From: Candidatus Latescibacterota bacterium
GTDB lineage: Bacteria; Latescibacterota; UBA2968
DNA length: 64,000 nucleotides
NCBI GenBank assembly: GCA_965198115.1
Contig: OZ240241.1
Location: forward strand, 4,960,001 to 5,024,000
Direction of reading: 5' to 3'
In this document: positions 32,824 to 44,086 of the stretch, piece after piece
Layout of the letters: every line of letters starts with the position of its first letter
Position numbering within the stretch: the first letter of the stretch is position 1
Notes under the pieces: model-generated
Database searches by the model: none
Seen by the model: the letters and a program-made list of their open reading frames with translations, nothing else
Told to the model about the DNA's origin: nothing
Position numbers and translations under genes: made by a program

Positions 32824-34114
32824 GGTCAAGTCCCATAGTCAGTTGAAACTCATCGGGCCCCGTAGTTTGGTCAGGCTCTCTTTTGAGCATTCTGTTCGTT
32901 GTCGAGATTCAGATCTTTGTTCAGTGCTTGCCTGAGTAGGGGAAGATGTTTGTATCCGCTCACGCGTCGCAGGCGAGGTTCGATGTCGAGGAGTGCGGCA
33001 GCCACCCATCTGTGTCTCTGGGGAGAGTTGTTCCAGCGTCTGACCTTCCGAGTGAGCTCGCCGGTCCTGCTGTTGAGGGCTTCGATGCAGTTGGTGGTTC
33101 GGAAGCTTCGTTTCAGGAATGGGAGCATACCCAGCCGGTGGAGGGTCAGGGTTTCCTCCAGGCCTTCCTCGAGGCTCGTTACGGCAGACTGATTCATCAG
33201 CTTCAGTTCGGGTTTAAGTGATTCGAGTGCGGCCTTTGCCTCCTCGTAGGTGTCGCAGTCATAGGCTTTCTGGAGCTTCCGTCGAACTCTTGGACGTTCC
33301 CTCTCCGGGAGATAGCTGACGACATTCTCGCGCTTGTGCCACTGACAGCGATGAACGCGCACATACCCTTTGAGGGCTTTGGTGACAGCACTGCGGAGCC
33401 CCTTTGAGCCGTCAAGCACAACGAGAAGGCCCTGGTCGTAGCACAGGCCTCTCCGGATGAGGTCTTGGATCAGCTGGCGGCAGATCCGTTCGTTCTCCGT
33501 CGCCGATTCGACGAAGCCCAGGGGGATCTTCTGGCCGTCCATCGTGACCCCCAGAGCGATCACGATCTCTTCGTCGGCAAAGCTCTTTCCGTCAATGAAG
33601 AGGGTCACGAAGCCGTAGTCGTCGAGGGGACGCTCCTGGAACTGCTTCAGCTTCTTCGCGGTGGCTTTGATGAACCGCCGCGAGACGGAGGACGCTGAGA
33701 TACCAAACGCTTCTGGAACCGATTCGGCACAGGCCTTGTAGTTGCGGCACGAGATCCCCTTGAGAACACGAAGCAACAGCCCCTCGTCCGTCTTCTTGGG
33801 CGTCTGTAGAGCCCGGTATGCAGCCAGGGAAACCTCTGCGTCGGCCTCGACGTCGCGCACCCGGGGAACGTCTAACGGGAGCTTCTGGTCCATCAGATAC
33901 ACGGATCCCTTCTGGCTTCCCCACCGACGATGCGCCTGCTCCGAACCTTTGCGCGCATACCGAACGCCTGCGAGCTGCTCGACCTCCTGCTGGAGGAGGT
34001 CTGCCACTGCCTCCAGACCCAACGGGATCAACTCTTACGGGTATACGCTCCCTACACGTCTACCCAACGTAAGTTTGGAGCCCTCTAAGTTTCAACTACG
34101 ATAGGCACAACACC
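32824..34114 (-). mobile_element. IS256 copy with an internal deletion of the transposase start
   Basis: Both IRs present; compared with 40385-41772, ~100 bp are missing near 34031. Confidence 0.9.
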
Positions 34115-34394
34115 GTAGGGTTCATCAAAGGAAAGAGTGCGATTCACATTGCTCGGAACTATCTGGGACGCAGGTCGAACTTCACCGGGCAGCATTTCTG
34201 GGCAAGAGGCTACTGGGTCTCCACCGTTGGCAAGGATGAACAGACGGTTCGGGAGTATATCCAGAACCAGGAGCGGGAGGACCGGCGTCTCGACCAGCTC
34301 AACATTTTCAGGTAATCGCCACCTTTAGGTGGCGCTTGGTTTCCAACCGCTTTGAGCGGTTCACAAGTTTTCAAGCCTCCGGCTTTGCCGTGAC
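34115..34394 (+). mobile_element. IS200 copy B, 3' half only, right hairpin damaged
   Basis: Matches copy A from GTAGGGTTCATC; GAGGTCA is missing from the right-end hairpin. Confidence 0.85.
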
Positions 34395-34520
34395 TTATTA
34401 CTTTCTACTTGAATTAATCCCCTCCATCAGCCGCGTTTGCCCGCCATTCCTGGTCATCGCATCTTGGTTGCGTTGACCCGTCACTACGCGTGTTCCATAA
34501 ACCCGACCCATGGAGCCCAT

Positions 34521-34743
34521 ATGGCAGCAACACGATATGCGATGGACGAATACCTCGATCACTTCAAGGAAAACGGCTACGTCGTGGTGCACGGGGCGCT
34601 GTCGCCAGAGGAGGTCGCCCGGGTCAATGACGGTATCGATGCCTACAGGGCGGCGCATCCGGAAGAATGGGTGATGGAGCCGCGGCTGGACCACGATGCG
34701 GTGGGAAGGGATGCGCCGGGGGTGATGGAACGGACGGAGGCGC
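34521..34743 (+). pseudogene. Phytanoyl-CoA dioxygenase (PhyH) family N-terminal fragment
   Basis: HFKENGYVVVHGALSPEEV. Confidence 0.65.
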
Positions 34744-35326
34744 CTAAATATGAGCCCCCCTCCCTCGGCTATTATATCTCTCCCCAGCACTGGGGGGGGT
34801 GCCGAGGGCGACGGCGAGGTCCAAGGGCGAACGGTAGCGAAGTCCATACGCTCGGCAAGGCAAAACAACCTGGCACTTCAGTTCAGGAATGGTGGTGAAA
34901 ATGTGGGGAACGCCCTTCCTGTGTGGACGCAAAGTATTATTTATCAACAAGTTTTATGACTGAATTGGTGGAAGTATTGAATAGAACCTTCCTGGGTGAG
35001 GATCGCCCTCGAGATCCTGCCGGTATCGGTATCATCGCGCGTGACTACACCAAGGTAAATATGGGAGATCGTCAATCATTTTTCCGACTAAGGTTTTACC
35101 CCTTCACGGAGGGAACCATTGATCCTGAGCGACCCCAAAGGCGGGATGGCCGGAGTGCAACGTCGGCCCCCCGCCGGGGCCAAGAATCGACGATTCTGGG
35201 GGAGAGGCGCTCAGGCCTTTCGCATGGCCACGTCTAGTGCGTTTTTCATGATGCTGTGGTGACTGCGTAACCGCTGTCGAAGCTCCGCACGTGAGCGTCT
35301 ATGAACCATTGACCTACGATCAGCTG

Positions 35327-36001
35327 ATGAGCCACTCCGTCCGCCATCATCTTCGCCTTGAGATTGATGCCTACGACGAGACCATCCGCACGTTCATCCC
35401 AGGCTACGAAGAAGGCTTGGCGAGGGCTGCCAACGAAATCGCTGGTGTTCGCCCAACCCTGGTGCTTGACCTCGGCGCGGGAACGGGCGCCTTGGCTGAA
35501 GCGATGCTGGTCCAAGAACGCGTCGGTGCCGTTGAAGCCATCGACATCGATCCGGAGATGCTGGCCCAGGCGCGCCTTCGGCTCAAGCGATTTGGGACCC
35601 GCGCTCGTGTCCGCCGGCGGTCGTTCGAGGCGCCACTCCCCACGTGTGACGCCGTGGCTACGGCCCTGGCTCTGCACCACGTTCCCACCATGGCACGCAA
35701 ACTCACGCTGTATACACGCATTTACCGGGCGCTCCGCCCCGGTGGCGTCTTCGTGAACACCGACGTGGCCATCAGCGCACACCCGGGGGCGCGCGAGCAG
35801 TCGTACCGTCGATGGGCCACCCACCTGGTGTCGTACGGCATTGACGAACAGCGCGCCTATGAGCACTTCGCCGCGTGGTCGGCGGAGGACACCTACTTTT
35901 CAGTCGACGACGAACTCGCGGCCATGCGCGAAGCCAAATTCCAGGCTGACTGTATCTGGCAGGATCGCCCACACACTCTCCTGGTAGGACGCAAGATCTG
36001 A
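35327..36001 (+). CDS. Class I SAM-dependent methyltransferase (CmoA-like)
   Basis: IPGY, LDLGAGTG, ALALHH, LRPGGVFVN. Confidence 0.85.
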   Translation: MSHSVRHHLRLEIDAYDETIRTFIPGYEEGLARAANEIAGVRPTLVLDLGAGTGALAEAMLVQERVGAVEAIDIDPEMLAQARLRLKRFGTRARVRRRSFEAPLPTCDAVATALALHHVPTMARKLTLYTRIYRALRPGGVFVNTDVAISAHPGAREQSYRRWATHLVSYGIDEQRAYEHFAAWSAEDTYFSVDDELAAMREAKFQADCIWQDRPHTLLVGRKI

Positions 36002-36322
36002 GCCCCGGTCTACGGGAATCTTGATGTCCCCCGTATATCGGCTTCGGGTTCAGCCTCCGTGCGCGGCGGAGTCGACGTGTCGCACGCGCGGGCCCGTGAC
36101 TCGGCGAATCCCTCCAATCTTGCGTGCCGATGCATGCCAACACGACGTTCGACTGAGCGGTTACCCCAACCGCTACACGGTGATGAAAAGCGCTTTAGGG
36201 CCGCTGGCGGGTGTCGGAGCCTGCCCGCAGGGATAATTTCGGCCGGGAACTTGGTGCGACCGCGTACCGCACCTCCGGCTCTCGATGCGCCAAAAACGTT
36301 CCAGAAACCCCCGCGAAACGGG

Positions 36323-36352
36323 TTGCAAACCCAGGCCGTTCTGGCTTATATT
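36323..36352 (+). promoter_or_regulatory. Putative sigma70 promoter
   Basis: TTGCAA-N18-TATATT. Confidence 0.5.
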
Positions 36353-36357
36353 GCCAC

Positions 36358-36447
36358 CTAAGACAACCCATCGGACTACGCCCAGACAGGGAGATACGGG
36401 TCCGATAATCTCGACCCCAGGGACGACTCGTGCGTCCCTGTATTTTT
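36358..36447 (+). ncRNA. Candidate structured leader/antitoxin RNA ending in an intrinsic terminator
   Basis: Stem ATCGGACT/GGTCCGAT with inner CCC/GGG; terminator CAGGGACG-loop-CGTCCCTG-TATTTTT. Confidence 0.4.
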
Positions 36448-36460
36448 GTACGGACAGAGA

Positions 36461-36830
36461 ATGCCCGGTGACGATCTGATCCATGGCTCACGCCACCGCG
36501 TCCGCGTGTTTGTGGACTTCTGGAACTACACGCTCTCCATGCGCGATGCCGAAGAAGCGTTCCGCACGGATTGGTCAGAGACTCGGGCCGGTGCTGTCGC
36601 ACGCCGCGGCCGCCGTCGTCGATGCTGCCGCGACGGGCGAGTATCAGGGTTTGAACTTCTACGGTTCCTACGACCCGACCAGCGACGCAGACCGGAAACT
36701 TCACCGCTGGGCAACGACGATGGTGGACACATTTCCAGGCGTGAGCGTGTCGGTCGTGCCGCGCCAGAGGAAGCGTTCGCCGCCGTCGTGCCCTGCCTGC
36801 CATGCGGCGGTAGCCCAATGCCCCGCCGCG
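36461..36830 (+). pseudogene. NYN/LabA (PIN-like) nuclease with Cys cluster, N-terminal part; frameshift near 36580
   Basis: RVFVDFWN (NYN D..N motif), ...FYGSYDP..., CPACH....CP; truncated before the EKGVD-type motif. Confidence 0.6.
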
Positions 36831-36841
36831 GCACCGTTCTA

Positions 36842-36957
36842 TCGCGTCATTTCCAATCTCATGCTCAACGCGGTCAAACACACCGGACGCGGCGGCACGA
36901 TCACGTTGAAGTGCAGTCGACTCGACGAGGTGCTGCAGATCGACGTCATCGACAACT
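36842..36957 (+). pseudogene. HATPase_c fragment
   Basis: RVISNLMLNAVKHT..GGTITL....QIDVID. Confidence 0.65.
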
Positions 36958-37280
36958 ACTCGGAAGTAGACCCGGCGCCCCCGCTCCTCGGGGCGTCCGT
37001 ATCGCACATAGTGGATCTTTCGCAGGATGCTTTCGAGCCCTTTGCGTCGGCTCGAGAAGTCCCAACCCCGATCCCGAATCCGGCCCTCCCCGTCGATGAA
37101 CAGCTCCAGATCGATCGACGCCTCGAGCGCTTTGTAGCGTAAACGCGGCCGCAGATCGATGCGTTGCCAGACGCCCTCGTCGACGGACACGGCACCGACG
37201 AGACCGTCCATCGTCAGATCGACGGCTTCGGCATTGCGAGTTAGCAGGAGAAGACTCAGGAGAAGAAATCGAAGCACGCA
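36958..37280 (-). pseudogene. N-terminus of a secreted protein
   Basis: MLRFLLLSLLLL..AEA signal peptide; ...ILRKIHYVRYG; truncated. Confidence 0.5.
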
Positions 37281-37439
37281 TTCCTCGAGTGAAGGGTTCG
37301 GTCCGATTGTAGGCGAATGTTCGCTCCGGAGTCAACGTTCTCGCCCGTTGACGGCGGCGAGCCGCACGGATATCGTATCTGGGCGGAAGAGGGCAGGAAC
37401 CACAGATGAACACCGATGGACACAGATGTGACTCAACCC

Positions 37440-38655
37440 GAGGACTGTGGCTCTTCTTGCCTGGATGTTTGGCTGGTCCTTTCAAACTGACCCCCTTCCC
37501 GCTGTTTGCCGCCCGTAAATTCTCGAGATGCGTCTTCATCTCTTCCAGAAAACCGGGATCCTTCACCCAGCGTATCTGGTCCTCCAGCCGAGGTCGCTGT
37601 CGCTCGAAGTGCTTCGTCAACACGTCGTAGATTCCGAGCGCCTGGATGAACTTGGCCGTGGCAACCTCCCGAACGGTGATCTCGACACGGATCCGCTGCT
37701 GCTGAAATCCGGGCTCCTCGTTCGTCAACTCCAGGAACGCGGCCTGCTGCAGAGCCTCCATCCGAAGAAGGCTTTTCGTGAGCAACAGCTTTGTCCGTTC
37801 TGTATCGTGTGAGAGGAGCTGCTGTTCCCGAAGAGCCCTGGCATCATTGTAGACGACCGATCTGTCAACGCCCAGAGCTTCTGCGACCTGGAGATGTCGT
37901 CCTCCTTTGGCCAGGAGCGTGCCGACCAGCAGCCGCCTGGCCCACACGGCCGCGTGCTCACCCGACCCTTCCTTCTTCCTCCCAGCGGACCACGTGCCCC
38001 TCCCCTCACGCAGGATCTTCAGGGCCTGCACAGAGCCCGCGCCGAACAGAGACAGTTGATTCGGGTGGACGACCGCATTCACCAACTCGTGGATCGCGGC
38101 GATGTGGCCTCGGTCCACATAGGGCACCCCCTCATCTGGCAGATGCTTCACGGCATCCATCGCGCGTTCGTCAGCAACGGGCTCGCCCACGCGTAAGCCG
38201 GCGGTGACCCGGCCATAGAAACCGACCTTCTGGAGCATCTTACAGAGCCTCATCTCCCGACGGCCGATTTCGGTCCTGATTCTTCGCCGAAGCTGGAAGC
38301 TCCCGGCCTCACGCAGGTCGGCGAAAGCCGCCACCTGGAGACGTTCAAACCGCCTCCTTATCTGGGAGAGTGCTGCCTGCGCTTGCCCAACACCCTCTGC
38401 GAGCACCTGGTAGACCGAGATCACCTCCAGGTCGTCCCTTACGACGGGCCCATCAACCCCCAACCCCCTCGCGATGCCGACCACGTCCTCTTCCCGCGCG
38501 TACAGCTCAGCGGCGACCAACCGTCTGCCCCAGTCGATCGGGTTCAGGCCCTCCACCCGCCTTCCTCGTGGCCAGGTGCCCTCTCGCTCGAAGAGGGCTT
38601 TCCTGACGCGCACAGAGTCGACACCGGGAAGGGGCAACTCGTTCGTCCGGGCAAC
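37440..38655 (-). pseudogene. Fragment with two HTH units (phage small-terminase/regulator-like)
   Basis: RRLVAAELY...IARGLGVD..VVRDD and RRLLVGTLL.KG...VAEALGVDRSVVYND. Confidence 0.45.
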
Positions 38656-39147
38656 CTCAAGTATGGCTACCACGTCGCTCTGATCGGCTATCAAGACTTT
38701 GGTTATGAACGATTCTGGAAGACCTCGTCTGCGTCGACCCCGACCCCCAGGTGTCTCTACTCCCCACCTAAGAATTTCCTGAAGGGCACCGTCGACCTCC
38801 CGGCCCCTTTTGTCCTGTGTGAAGTCGTGTCCGTCTCGGGAAAATTCGAGGTAACTCCAGGCATCGCGGCCGCTGCCATAGCTCTTCCGGACGCGCCAAA
38901 TGCGTTGAGGCTCCTGTTCAAAGGTTAGAGACACCTTTGGCGTCGCATCAGTGTTCCAATCGAGGAGCGATTCAGCTGCGACTGAACCCGCTGGCAGAAG
39001 CAGTGAGGCACGCACCGCCTTCACGATGTTCGACTTACCGATCTCGTTTGGCCCGTGGAGGATGTTCAAGCCCGGCCCGAGGTCGATGCTCGCGCTGGCT
39101 ATACCAGCAAGATCAGTGACTTCGATTTTCTGGATCCACATTGCCAT
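38656..39147 (-). pseudogene. SbcC/Rad50-like ATPase, N-terminal fragment
   Basis: MWIQKIEV...GLNILHGPNEIGKS Walker A; coiled-coil and C-terminal half replaced by unrelated sequence. Confidence 0.75.
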
Positions 39148-40280
39148 TAACTCGCTGCTTCCTTGACTAGGCGGTACAGATGATGCAGAGCTCGTTCAGC
39201 TACCTTAGGATTAGATTCGCTTCTATCCTGCAGACGCGAGATCGTCGATTGAAGTACCGCTGGCAGCTCTTTACCGAACTCGATGGGCGTGTCCGTGGCG
39301 AGATGTAACCCGTTGCGATCCTCGGACAGGACCCCTACCCGTGGATTAGCAGCGAGGGAACCGCGGAGCTCGATCAAGATGCGTTCCGCCTCGTCGTATT
39401 CTTCCATCGGAACCACCATTTCGAGCTTAAGTCGAAGTACTGTCTTGCGTAGGTCGCTAGCCCCAGCGAGCGAACGAAGATCCGACATCGATCTGCAGAT
39501 TACTTCTCGCCATTCCCAAGTTCCGACTTGCTCCCGCCGAACTATCGGTCTCCGCGCCCGATCAAGCGGGAAGAATACGATTGCCACGGAGCCAGTTTCG
39601 TTCTCTCCGAAATTTGTTGCCTCAGGCGCACCAGGATAGATCGTAGGGGCAGTAGCCTCTGGCTCAACATCCCGAAAGGCATGCGTGTCACCGATTGCGA
39701 GGTAATCGAGACCTCGCTCTGCGGCGATACCGCTAGCGATGGGAAAGTTGGTTTGATAGCCCTCGATGTCGAAGGTCTGTCCATGGACAAGTCCGATTCT
39801 GAAACGGCTCTCGTTGGGTTCGCGGTCTGGCAGGGATGATGCAATGTCGGTTTGTCCGGCGTGTGATCGGCAAGGGTTCGCGATGACGACTGCACGATCA
39901 TCGAGCTCGAGTGTAAAGCCTTCTTCGTCAACGACGTGAACGTATTCTGGCAGCCCAGCACGGAATGGGTGGTCTGGGTGGTAAACAGAGCGCGCCATCA
40001 GGGGGTCGTGGTTACCGGGGAGTAGTACTACCGGGCGAGCCCAGTCGCGTCGCTGGAATTCCTTCAAGAGACCGCCCCACCATTCTTTGGGTGGTGAGGA
40101 TTCATCGAACAGGTCTCCTGCAGCCAAAACTGCATCGACGTTACGGCTGTGCGCGAGATCGAGGATGCGTCCAACAACTTCTAGCCGTGCCCGCGTAAGA
40201 CGCAATTCTTGTTCCGGCCGAAACGACGGGAAGCGTCGCCCGAGATGCCAGTCCGCAGTGTGTAGAACTGTCAATGCCAT
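39147..40280 (-). CDS. SbcD/Mre11-like metallophosphoesterase nuclease
   Basis: HTADWHLG, AGDLFD, PGNHD, VHG, AIGDTH, YPGAPE. Confidence 0.9.
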   Translation of the reverse strand: MALTVLHTADWHLGRRFPSFRPEQELRLTRARLEVVGRILDLAHSRNVDAVLAAGDLFDESSPPKEWWGGLLKEFQRRDWARPVVLLPGNHDPLMARSVYHPDHPFRAGLPEYVHVVDEEGFTLELDDRAVVIANPCRSHAGQTDIASSLPDREPNESRFRIGLVHGQTFDIEGYQTNFPIASGIAAERGLDYLAIGDTHAFRDVEPEATAPTIYPGAPEATNFGENETGSVAIVFFPLDRARRPIVRREQVGTWEWREVICRSMSDLRSLAGASDLRKTVLRLKLEMVVPMEEYDEAERILIELRGSLAANPRVGVLSEDRNGLHLATDTPIEFGKELPAVLQSTISRLQDRSESNPKVAERALHHLYRLVKEAAS

Positions 40281-40384
40281 TTCGCTGTCCTGTAGTTGTC
40301 GGTCCAGCTGCTCTTGGTCTGAACAGTCACTCAATGCAAAACTCCGCCTGTAACAGACGCTCAATCTGTGTAGGCGTATATCTC

Positions 40385-41772
40385 GGTCAAGTCCCATAGT
40401 CAGTTGAAAACTCATCGGGCCCCGTAGTTTGGTCAGGCTCTCTTTTGAGCATTCTGTTCGTTGTCGAGATTCAGATCTTTGTTCAGTGCTTGCCTGAGTA
40501 GGGGAAGATGTTTGTATCCGCTCACGCGTCGCAGGCGAGGTTCGATGTCGAGGAGTGCGGCAGCCACCCATCTGTGTCTCTGGGGAGAGTTGTTCCAGCG
40601 TCTGACCTTCCGAGTGAGCTCGCCGGTCCTGCTGTTGAGGGCTTCGATGCAGTTGGTGGTTCGGAAGCTTCGTTTCAGGAATGGGAGCATACCCAGCCGG
40701 TGGAGGGTCAGGGTTTCCTCCAGGCCTTCCTCGAGGCTCGTTACGGCAGACTGATTCATCAGCTTCAGTTCGGGTTTAAGTGATTCGAGTGCGGCCTTTG
40801 CCTCCTCGTAGGTGTCGCAGTCATAGGCTTTCTGGAGCTTCCGTCGAACTCTTGGACGTTCCCTCTCCGGGAGATAGCTGACGACATTCTCGCGCTTGTG
40901 CCACTGACAGCGATGCACGCGCACATACCCTTTGAGGGCTTTGGTGACAGCACTGCGGAGTCCCTTTGAGCCGTCAAGCACAACGAGAAGGCCCTGGTCG
41001 TAGCACAGGCCTCTCCGGATGAGGTCCTGGATCAGCTGGCGGCAGATCCGTTCGTTCTCCGTCGCCGATTCGACGAAGCCCAGGGGGATCTTCTGGCCGT
41101 CCATCGTGACCCCCAGAGCGATCACGATCTCTTCGTCGGCAAAGCTCTTTCCGTCAATGAACAGGGTCACGAAGCCGTAGTCGTCGAGGGGACGCTCCTG
41201 GAACTGCTTCAGCTTCTTCGCGGTGGCTTTGATGAACCGCCGCGAGACGGAGGACGCTGAGATACCAAACGCTTCTGGAACCGATTCGGCACAGGCCTTG
41301 TAGTTGCGGCACGAGATCCCCTTGAGAACACGAAGCAACAGCCCCTCGTCCGTCTTCTTGGGCGTCTGTAGAGCCCGGTATGCAGCCAGGGAAACCTCTG
41401 CGTCGGCCTCGACGTCGCGCACCCGGGGAACGTCTAACGGGAGCTTCTGGTCCATCAGATACACGGATCCCTTCTGGCTTCCCCACCGACGATGCGCCTG
41501 CTCCGAACCTTTGCGCGCATACCGAACGCCTGCGAGCTGCTCGACCTCCTGCTGGAGGAGGTCTGCCACTGCCTCCAGACCCAACGGGATCAACGCCTGG
41601 ATCACCGACAAACGCGTCTCCAAATCGATGACATCGCCCTCAACCTTGACTTCACCATCGCCTACAAATAGCTTCTCCATCTGGGCTCCTTTCTTACGGG
41701 TATACGCTCCTACACGTCTACCCAACGTAAGTTTGGAGCCCTCTAAGTTTCAACTACGATAGGCACAACACC
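40385..41772 (-). mobile_element. IS256-family element, intact (transposase ORF 40433-41680)
   Basis: IRs GGTCAAGTCCCATAGTCAGTTGAAA / TTTCAACTACGATAGGCACAACACC; no matching TSD. Confidence 0.92.
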
Positions 41773-42146
41773 CTTCGCCGGGAAAGCTGATCCTGCTCCT
41801 ATACCAGGGCGCGATCAAATCACTCAAGAAGGCTCTCGACCTGATGGACCGGAAAGACTTCGGTGGCAAAGGCGACGCGATCATCAAGGCTCAGGACATT
41901 CTGATGGAGCTGAACATGGCGCTCGACCACGGAGCCGGCGAAATCGCGCATTCGCTCCAGCAGATTTATCTGTATGCCTACAAGAGGCTGGTCGTGGCCA
42001 ATCTCGAGATGGATCGGGATGCGATCACCGAGATCGTCGTCATTCTTGAAAATCTCTACGAGGCGTGGGAAGAGGCCGTTCAAAAGACGGACGGTCTGGT
42101 TCAAGTTCCCGAGCCGCGTGTCGCCACTGTCAGTGTGACGGGTTAA
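41773..42146 (+). pseudogene. fliS: Flagellin chaperone FliS, 5'-truncated by IS256
   Basis: SPGKLILLLYQGAI...KAQDILMEL..ALD...GEIA.SL..IY.Y..RL..AN...AWEE. Confidence 0.85.
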
Positions 42147-42150
42147 CGCT

Positions 42151-42609
42151 ATGGATACCGGCAAAGAACTCGTCAAACTGCTCGAGACGCAGAGGCGTCA
42201 TTACGACGCGCTAAAAGTCGTGGTCGGCCGTCAGACGGTCCATATCGAGGCCTTGAATGTCGCCGGGCTGGCCACAGATACGGCCGAAGTGCGTGACCTG
42301 ATGCGGAAGGCGCGCGATGTAGAGGCCGCGATTCGCCCCCTCCGGCAGAGCTGGGGGAACATGGGTCTCGATCGTGATCCCGCCGATCGTCGGAAGGTCG
42401 AAGCGGTCGTGGACGCTGTCCGGGCATCTGTGGAGGAGATTCAGGAAACGAAGGACCGAAACGCTGCGATGCTCCAGGAACGGATGGGCGATCTGAGGAA
42501 ACAGATGGCCGGCCTGCAGACGCAGGGCAAGGCGGCACACGCCTACTATGGCCCGCGGAAGAACGGCGGGGCGCCACCGTCAAAATTTATCGATCAGGCA
42601 ACTAAAAAA
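42151..42609 (+). CDS. FlgN/FliT-like flagellar chaperone; last codons hit by ISL3
   Basis: Helical ~150 aa between fliS and flgM, ending ...AYY...KFIDQ. Confidence 0.6.
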
Positions 42610-44030
42610 GGCTATATCCGGATCTCTCAACGAGATGAAGTGGGTGAAGGTGCCGTGGTTCCTGGCATGGGGGCGCGGTTAGAGTGTGCGGAACCTCTTC
42701 GGAATCTGCTCAGGGATGTTTATGTCTCCGACGGTAAGGAAGATCATATCGTTGAATGCGTCGAGTATGCGGAATCCGCTGGCTCGGTTCTTGACGATTT
42801 GGACGATTCGGTTGAGGCCTTCGGCGATGGCGTTGGTAAGACGCGTGTTCACGAATGCGAGGACGCCGAAGAAGTGCTGTCGCAGGGTCCTGACGAACTT
42901 TCGCAGGGGTTCAAGTCGACTTCTGAGTGCGGACGTCGTCCAGCATTTCAGGAAGCGTTCGGCAGCCCAGGGCGCTTTGTATTCCCAGAACTGCTCGAAC
43001 TCGTCCTTGAGTCTCCAGGCTCTATAGATTCGGTAGTTCGCCTTCTCCAGTGCTTTGAGTGTCCGAGTATCCCCTCTGGAGCGTGTCGCTGAGTGCCGGT
43101 AGAGGAGCCATCGGAGGCCCTTCATGGCTTTGCGCTCATCCGGGGCAGCTTTACGCCACTGGTCCTTACGGACCTCGTCAACGGCGGCATTGAGAGCCTT
43201 GACGATGTGAAAGCGATCGAGGACCAGCTTGGCATTCGGACAATATTCCTGGATGGCTCCGATGTAAGCTTCGCTCATGTCGCAGCAGGCCCACTCGATC
43301 TTGGATCTCTGGTAGGGACTGAGAGCCTCTGTGAAGAACCGATCGATCGTTTTACGCGCCCTGCCGCGGCCAACCCACACCCACGCAGGAGCGGTCCAGA
43401 TCGTAAACGAGCGTGGCGTACCTGTGACGCTTGGCGTAGGAGATCTCGTCGATCCCGATGGTTTTGAGCCCTCGGATACGATGACCTTCACGAAGCCGCG
43501 TGATGGATCGGTGAAGGAGATCCGACAGCGTCGAGGCAGAGATGCGCAGCAACTCGGACGCCGCCTTCTGCGTCATGGTCTGGCAGTAGCGCAGCATGGC
43601 ATACTCGAAGCGATACGTCACCCGAGAGAACCGCTCCGCCCACGGAATCTCCTCGACCACACGACCGTGGGTAGGACACCGAATCTCCCGAGGATGGTAG
43701 AGAAGCCAGACCCTCCACCCGCACACCGGAATGTCACGCCACCGACGCAGATGGGGCATTGTGCGGACGATTTTACCTCGACGGCCGCACTCCGGACAAC
43801 AACAACCATTCTTATGTGGCTTTACGGCGATGACGAAGCAGCTTCTCCCCTCAAACCACCAGCTGACAACACGGAACCCCTTGAATCTCAGCAGTTTCGA
43901 TAGTAATCTGCTCCCGGTCATAGGTCGCACCCCCTTCGCTTTGATTGTCCTACACACACAACCAAGCGTAGGGAACGATCTATGACCTTGTCATTCTATA
44001 GTTTCACCGTTGAGAAACCCGGATAGAGCC
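42610..44030 (-). mobile_element. ISL3 copy 4 (+1 frameshift in transposase)
   Basis: 1421 bp; TSD CTAAAAAA (42602-42609, 44031-44038). Confidence 0.95.
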
Positions 44031-44041
44031 CTAAAAAAGCC

Positions 44042-44068
44042 TCAAGAAACCGTTGAACAGGCCGATAT
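44042..44068 (+). promoter_or_regulatory. Sigma28 (FliA) promoter of flgM
   Basis: TCAAG-N14-GCCGATAT immediately upstream of the flgM-like gene. Confidence 0.75.
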
Positions 44069-44086
44069 AAGGGATAGAGGCCCACT

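Noticed and set aside
36946-39147. 733-aa novel ATPase-HTH protein
   Set aside because: Chimeric frame spanning at least three unrelated fragments; no coiled-coil or Walker B
42151-43092. 313-aa FlgN fusion protein
   Set aside because: The C-terminal half is antisense read-through into ISL3 copy 4
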